Assembly: GCA_963807605.1 (NCBI GenBank) | Contig: CAWECG010000001.1 | Location: 224,001-288,000, forward strand | DNA length: 64,000 bases | Reading direction: 5' to 3' | DNA from: Candidatus Bathyarchaeota archaeon | GTDB lineage: Archaea; Thermoproteota; Bathyarchaeia; 40CM-2-53-6; RBG-13-38-9 | Shown here: in pieces, positions 59,653 to 64,000 of the stretch | Layout of the letters: each line of letters starts with the position of its first letter | How positions within the stretch are numbered: the first letter of the stretch is position 1 | Program-made: the position numbers and the translations under genes | The notes under the pieces: generated by a model | What the model was told of the DNA's origin: nothing | The model's database searches: none | The model's input: the letters and a program-made list of their open reading frames with translations, nothing else

Positions 59653-60882
59653 GTGCCAACCGTGAGATACATTGATTTTGTAAACTTGGGATACAAACCG
59701 AGAGAGGACGATGTGATCTGCGACTTCAGAATTGAGCCGTTAGGCATTAGCATGAAGGAAGCCGCAGGGGGTGTTGCTGCTGAGAGTTCCATTGGGACAT
59801 GGACCGAACTCTCCACGATGAAGTCTTATGTTGAGGAACTCCATGCGACAGTCTTCACGCTCGAGAAAGGCCAAGCCAAGATCGCCTATCCAATCGAGCT
59901 CTTCGAGGCAGGGAATATTCCAAATATCTTTAGTAGCTTGGCAGGTAACGTCTTCGGTCTGAGGGCGATCAAAAATCTACGATTGAAAGATGTTCACTTG
60001 CCCAAGAAACTAGTGAAGACCTTCAAAGGCCCCAAGTATGGAATACCAGGTATCAGAGGGATCCTTCAGGTTCCTCAGAGGCCGCTTGTAGGAACAATAA
60101 TTAAACCAAAGCTGGGGCTGAAAACGCAAGACCATGCGACTGTTGCATATGAGGCATGGGTCGGAGGCTGCGACATAGTCAAGGATGATGAGAACCTAAG
60201 CAACCAGTCATTCAACCCGTTTGAGGACAGAGCTGTAAAGACACTTGATGTGAGAGATCGGGCTGAAGACGAGACTGGCGAAAAGAAGATCTACATGATC
60301 AACGTAACGGCTGAGACAGAAGAGATGCTCAGGCGGGCGGAATTCGTTGAAGAACAGGGTGGAGAGTATGTCATGGTTGACATTCTGACATGTGGTTGGT
60401 CCGCCATCCAGACTCTCAGGGAACATGATTTCAACCTCGTGATTCACGCTCACCGTGCTGGACACGCTGCTTTCACACGAAATCCCCGACATGGTATTGC
60501 TATGCGAGTGATATCAAGAATCGTCAGAGTTCTGGGGCTCGATCAACTTCATGTCGGCGCGGTCGTTGGCAAGATGTCTGAGGAGAAGAGTGAGGTTCAG
60601 GAGAATTGCGATGTGCTCAGGGGAGAGATGTACGGACTGCGGCCTGTCCTTCCAGTAGCTTCAGGCGGCCTGCATCCGGCTCTGGTTCCTTCACTGGTCT
60701 CGATCTTCGGAAACGACTTTGTGATCCAAGCCGGAGGAGGAATACACGGACACAGCGGCGGGACAACCTCCGGAGCAAGAGCTATGAGGCAAGCTCTGGA
60801 CGCAACCATGAACGATATACCATTGAAAGACTACGCAGAGTCTCATGAGGAACTTGGCGCTGCATTGAAGCTTTGGAAGTAG
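59653..60882 (+). CDS. rbcL: Form III RuBisCO
   Basis: AAESSIGTW, KPKLG, GCDIVKDDENL, HAHRAGH, SGGLHP, QAGGGIHGH. Confidence 0.95.
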   Translation: MPTVRYIDFVNLGYKPREDDVICDFRIEPLGISMKEAAGGVAAESSIGTWTELSTMKSYVEELHATVFTLEKGQAKIAYPIELFEAGNIPNIFSSLAGNVFGLRAIKNLRLKDVHLPKKLVKTFKGPKYGIPGIRGILQVPQRPLVGTIIKPKLGLKTQDHATVAYEAWVGGCDIVKDDENLSNQSFNPFEDRAVKTLDVRDRAEDETGEKKIYMINVTAETEEMLRRAEFVEEQGGEYVMVDILTCGWSAIQTLREHDFNLVIHAHRAGHAAFTRNPRHGIAMRVISRIVRVLGLDQLHVGAVVGKMSEEKSEVQENCDVLRGEMYGLRPVLPVASGGLHPALVPSLVSIFGNDFVIQAGGGIHGHSGGTTSGARAMRQALDATMNDIPLKDYAESHEELGAALKLWK

Positions 60883-60894
60883 AGAATTCTTCGT

Positions 60895-62439
60895 CTATCT
60901 TTCTAGGACGAACCGTTCTCTCGGCGGCTTCAACTCTTTGATCTCGCTAAGGGTCATCTCCATCATGTGTCCTACAACCATCGTTGCTTCACCATCAAGG
61001 GCCGCCCGCGCACTCTCCAGTTTTCCAGCCTTCTCCGCGTATAATGTGCAGAGCCGATCCCCCTCGCTGACCTTTTCTCCAAGCTTCTTATGCAGAAGAA
61101 CTCCTGCTCCTTTATCCTTCGGAGACCCTGCGAGCCTTGCGAGATCAACCAGTTTTGCGCTGTTCACCCATAGAACAACGCCAGACTTCTCGGCGAGCAC
61201 ATCAAGTGACTGTTCCCCGATCGGGATGTCCGCCGGCCTTATGCCTGGGTCACCCCCTTGTTCCTCGATTATTTCCCGAAGCTTCTTCTCAGCTCTGCCA
61301 GATCTTAGTATCTCCGCCGCTATAGCTCTGCCGTACGATCTTCCAGTCATGTTCAGAAGCATGCCAGCGATGTCTATTGCCTTGTGGACCAAGTCAGGGT
61401 CCAACTTCAAGTTCATGAGGTTCTCAAGTGCTTCCTTGGCCTCCAAGGCCGGGCCTATAGCATGGCCAATCGGTTGCCCTGCGTAAGTTACCGCGCATTG
61501 GATGACCATATCCATCCTATTCCCCAACTCGATGAAGTCTTGAGCAAGCAGTTGAGCCTGACCCATGGTCTTGACCTTAGCCTCAGCTCCAGTAGGGATA
61601 TCGATGACGACGAAGTCGGCTCCAACGGCCTTTTTCTTGCTGATTATCGAAGGCAAGAGTAAAGGATCTATTGAGAGAGGGTACTCAACTTGGACAAATA
61701 TTTCATCAGCTGGGGCGAGTCGAAGGGTGCCGCCCCAGACAATGCATCCATCGGTCTTGTTGAGGACTCTCTTCATCTCATCGATCTCGAGTCTTACCGG
61801 CATGTAGACTTCAGCTCTGTCAGCGGTTCCTGCGGCTGATGTTATCGCTCTGGAGGAGCTCTTTGGAATAGTTATACCGCAAGCTGCGACGATGGGGACA
61901 ACAAGTAGAGTGGTCTTGTCCCCTGGAACCCCACCGATGGAGTGCTTATCGACGACTAGCTTCTTGTCTAGTTCGAGAGTCTGACCTGTCTCAACCATTG
62001 CCCAGGAAAGGCCTGTGGCTTCGTCAATATCAAGAGCAAAATGGTGCAAAGAAGTCACGAAGGCGGTTATTTCGACCTCGCTGAGGTCTCCGCTGACGAT
62101 GTCCTTAACAATCTCATTGGTTTCATCACGCGTTAGCTTTCGGCCACCAAGCCTGTTTCTTATGTAGTTTAAGGAATTTGGAGGGCTGGAGACTTCAACA
62201 TCAACATCGTCACCTTCTTGAAGTTGAAGATGTGCTTGGGCCTCGTCGTAGACGCCTATGGAACCTTTTGAAACAATACGAGAAGTGGTATTCACTATGG
62301 CTGTTAGCTCACGAATATCTCTTGCAAGCCTTATCCTTCCTAAGCTTCGAACACCGAGCTCTTCAGCATCATCAATGTTGAGGATCGCTACCCACTTTCC
62401 ACCTGCATCAAGATGAAGCAGCTTGGTCCTTAGTCTCAT
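60895..62439 (-). CDS. deoA: AMP phosphorylase
   Basis: N-terminal double-psi-like extension, DKHSIGGVPG, KSSSRAITSAAGTAD, IGPALEA. Confidence 0.94.
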   Translation of the reverse strand: MRLRTKLLHLDAGGKWVAILNIDDAEELGVRSLGRIRLARDIRELTAIVNTTSRIVSKGSIGVYDEAQAHLQLQEGDDVDVEVSSPPNSLNYIRNRLGGRKLTRDETNEIVKDIVSGDLSEVEITAFVTSLHHFALDIDEATGLSWAMVETGQTLELDKKLVVDKHSIGGVPGDKTTLLVVPIVAACGITIPKSSSRAITSAAGTADRAEVYMPVRLEIDEMKRVLNKTDGCIVWGGTLRLAPADEIFVQVEYPLSIDPLLLPSIISKKKAVGADFVVIDIPTGAEAKVKTMGQAQLLAQDFIELGNRMDMVIQCAVTYAGQPIGHAIGPALEAKEALENLMNLKLDPDLVHKAIDIAGMLLNMTGRSYGRAIAAEILRSGRAEKKLREIIEEQGGDPGIRPADIPIGEQSLDVLAEKSGVVLWVNSAKLVDLARLAGSPKDKGAGVLLHKKLGEKVSEGDRLCTLYAEKAGKLESARAALDGEATMVVGHMMEMTLSEIKELKPPRERFVLER

Positions 62440-62531
62440 CTGAAAGCATCTCTCCCAGCGTAGCGGTTACATTGACTGATTAATTGTTTTCGAGACCTCC
62501 TAATTGCGTTCTCAGCTCTTAAGGTCGGATC

Positions 62532-63518
62532 TTATTCCTCAGCAACTTTGTATGTTTGGTGCTTCAGCAACTCACTCGGTTGAATTGAGCCGAAGAGTTC
62601 ATGAATAATCATAATTGCGCCTTGCGGTGGGATGACACCTCTCTCAGTGATTATGAGATCTATGTACTCTGGCGGGGTGACGTCGAATCCGGGATTCCTT
62701 ACAGAGATCTTGGGGAACCTTTGAAGCAAAGCTTTGGGGAGTACCTCAGTCGCATCCCGTTCCTCGATCGTGACGAGCTCGCCAATTGCTGTCTCTGGAC
62801 TGAATTTGTAGGTCTCCGACGCAACAATGAAAGGGGTTCGTGCTTCATGAGCTAAAGTTGCTATCGTGGCCGTGCCTATCTTGTTAACGAGCGCACCGTT
62901 GGCGGTTATGGCATCGGCACCGACGATGACACTGTCGACATCCTTCATAAAGTAACGTGCTGCGCTGTCCACTATCACGGTGACAGGGATGCCTTCTCCT
63001 GCAAGCAGTGCTGCGGTCTTCCGGCCCTGAAGTCTAGGTCTGGTCTCAGTAACGTAGACCGAGAATCTCCTCCCGTCGGCCCAAGCTTTCTTCATGACTG
63101 CTGTTGCTGCGTTGCTGTGGCAGTGGGTCATCAATACGTCACCGTTCCTGATCCTTCGTGAGCCTATCTCGCCAATTCTTTCAACAGCCTGTTCTGACTC
63201 TTTGACAAACTCTCTTGCAGCATATATCGCTGTGGACTTCAATCTCTCCAGATTGGCACCTGCTTGTCTTGCAAGGTTAACTCGGTGCATGAGATATCGA
63301 ATACTGTTTGCAAGTGAGACAGCTGTTGGTCTTGTTGAAAGAAGCCTCTTCGAGGCTACCTCAAGTTCCTCGACAAATGCTTCTTCATCTTTAGCCTTCG
63401 ATTCTTTCGCAACCGTCAGCAGGGCTATGACAGCATTCCTAGCAATTCTCCCGGCACCCCTTATATTCATTGTTTCGATGTCAGAGGCGATTCTATCTAA
63501 TCGTTTAACCGAACCCAA
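62532..63518 (-). CDS. Ribose-1,5-bisphosphate isomerase (eIF2B-like)
   Basis: IRGAGRIA, TRPTAVSL, THCHS, ETRP, VGADAI, NKIGT, NPGFDVTP; next to AMP phosphorylase and RuBisCO. Confidence 0.92.
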   Translation of the reverse strand: MGSVKRLDRIASDIETMNIRGAGRIARNAVIALLTVAKESKAKDEEAFVEELEVASKRLLSTRPTAVSLANSIRYLMHRVNLARQAGANLERLKSTAIYAAREFVKESEQAVERIGEIGSRRIRNGDVLMTHCHSNAATAVMKKAWADGRRFSVYVTETRPRLQGRKTAALLAGEGIPVTVIVDSAARYFMKDVDSVIVGADAITANGALVNKIGTATIATLAHEARTPFIVASETYKFSPETAIGELVTIEERDATEVLPKALLQRFPKISVRNPGFDVTPPEYIDLIITERGVIPPQGAIMIIHELFGSIQPSELLKHQTYKVAEE

Positions 63519-63820
63519 TAATCATCGTCCTAGGGAAGTGTCTGTCGATGATAATCAAGAACTTTTTCATCGATACGAATCTCCCCGACTTGAATTTGCA
63601 AACTTCAACTGTGCCGCCTATTTCTCCAAGTCGCTTGCTCTCTTGGATATCTGTTCGAGTAATTTGGTAAGGTCTAAAAAAAGTGAACTTGCGTCTTCGA
63701 TGCAAGCATGTTCTCGTGGGCTAGTCTAGTTTTACTTCGGAGTTTCACGTAAAATAACAAGACTTTTTATCTGCTTTTCTAGACTAAGATGCGATGCCAG
63801 GTAACAGAGATATTAGAGGC

Positions 63821-64000
63821 ATGTGGGTTTCTTCCCCGCATAGCTATGAGGGTTTGATGTCTGAAGATTGTGTTCGGAACTGGATTAACAACTATACGAG
63901 TCAAGCTACTCGTGAGGCTTACATGCGCTGTCTTGAGATCGTTTGCAGGACGATGGGATTCAGTCAGGCGCAGCAACTTTTGGATCTGAGTTCTGAGCAA
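63821..64000 (+). CDS. Probable tyrosine recombinase/integrase N-terminus (runs off the window)
   Basis: Open frame MWVSSPHSYEGLMSEDCVRNWINNYTSQATREAYMRCLEIVCRTMGFSQAQQLLDL resembles integrase core-binding domains (S..TR..Y...L). Confidence 0.55.
   Translation, partial: MWVSSPHSYEGLMSEDCVRNWINNYTSQATREAYMRCLEIVCRTMGFSQAQQLLDLSSEQ

Noticed and set aside
59653-60882. Calvin-cycle autotrophy
   Set aside because: Form III enzyme flanked by AMP phosphorylase and R15P isomerase; no phosphoribulokinase or small subunit in the window
41777-63729. Many antisense ORFs (e.g. 43003-43464, 46356-47393, 60938-61486, 63094-63729)
   Set aside because: Shadows of well-supported genes on the opposite strand; no motifs
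63779-64000. 73-aa minus-strand ORF in the track
   Set aside because: No recognisable motif; the opposite-strand integrase-like frame is more plausible

Overview
Archaeal chromosomal window, most consistent with a TACK lineage such as Bathyarchaeia (inferred from aRF1, Alba, thermosome, archaeal DnaG/TyrRS, form III RuBisCO, a corrinoid methyltransferase pair and BHB-intron tRNAs). About 1-9.5 kb: uvrA end, glycosidase, radical SAM, proBA, RNase J-like nuclease, an intact tnpB-only IS200/IS605 element and an M6 protease. About 9.6-30.5 kb: an accessory region of secreted/surface proteins, a duplicated MacB-type ABC operon, pseudogenes and a tRNA-3'-end remnant. About 34-64 kb: mostly core genes. 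The main finding is a compact eukaryote-like ubiquitin conjugation operon (Ubl-GG, UBC E2, E1 with an N-terminal Ubl). No RING E3 is present. The fourth gene instead encodes a zinc-ribbon + B-box-like finger protein, and a membrane-anchored paralog of that finger lies just upstream. An Rpn11-like JAMM enzyme sits 14 kb away among HtpX/SPFH/zinc-ribbon genes, and an AN1-finger site-2 protease is nearby, which suggests membrane-linked Ubl-dependent quality control. Also present: tRNA-Met with three introns, tRNA-Thr with two introns, a clustered AMP/RuBisCO pathway, and rps11 apparently starting at CTG. All calls are from motif recognition by eye; no database searches were run.
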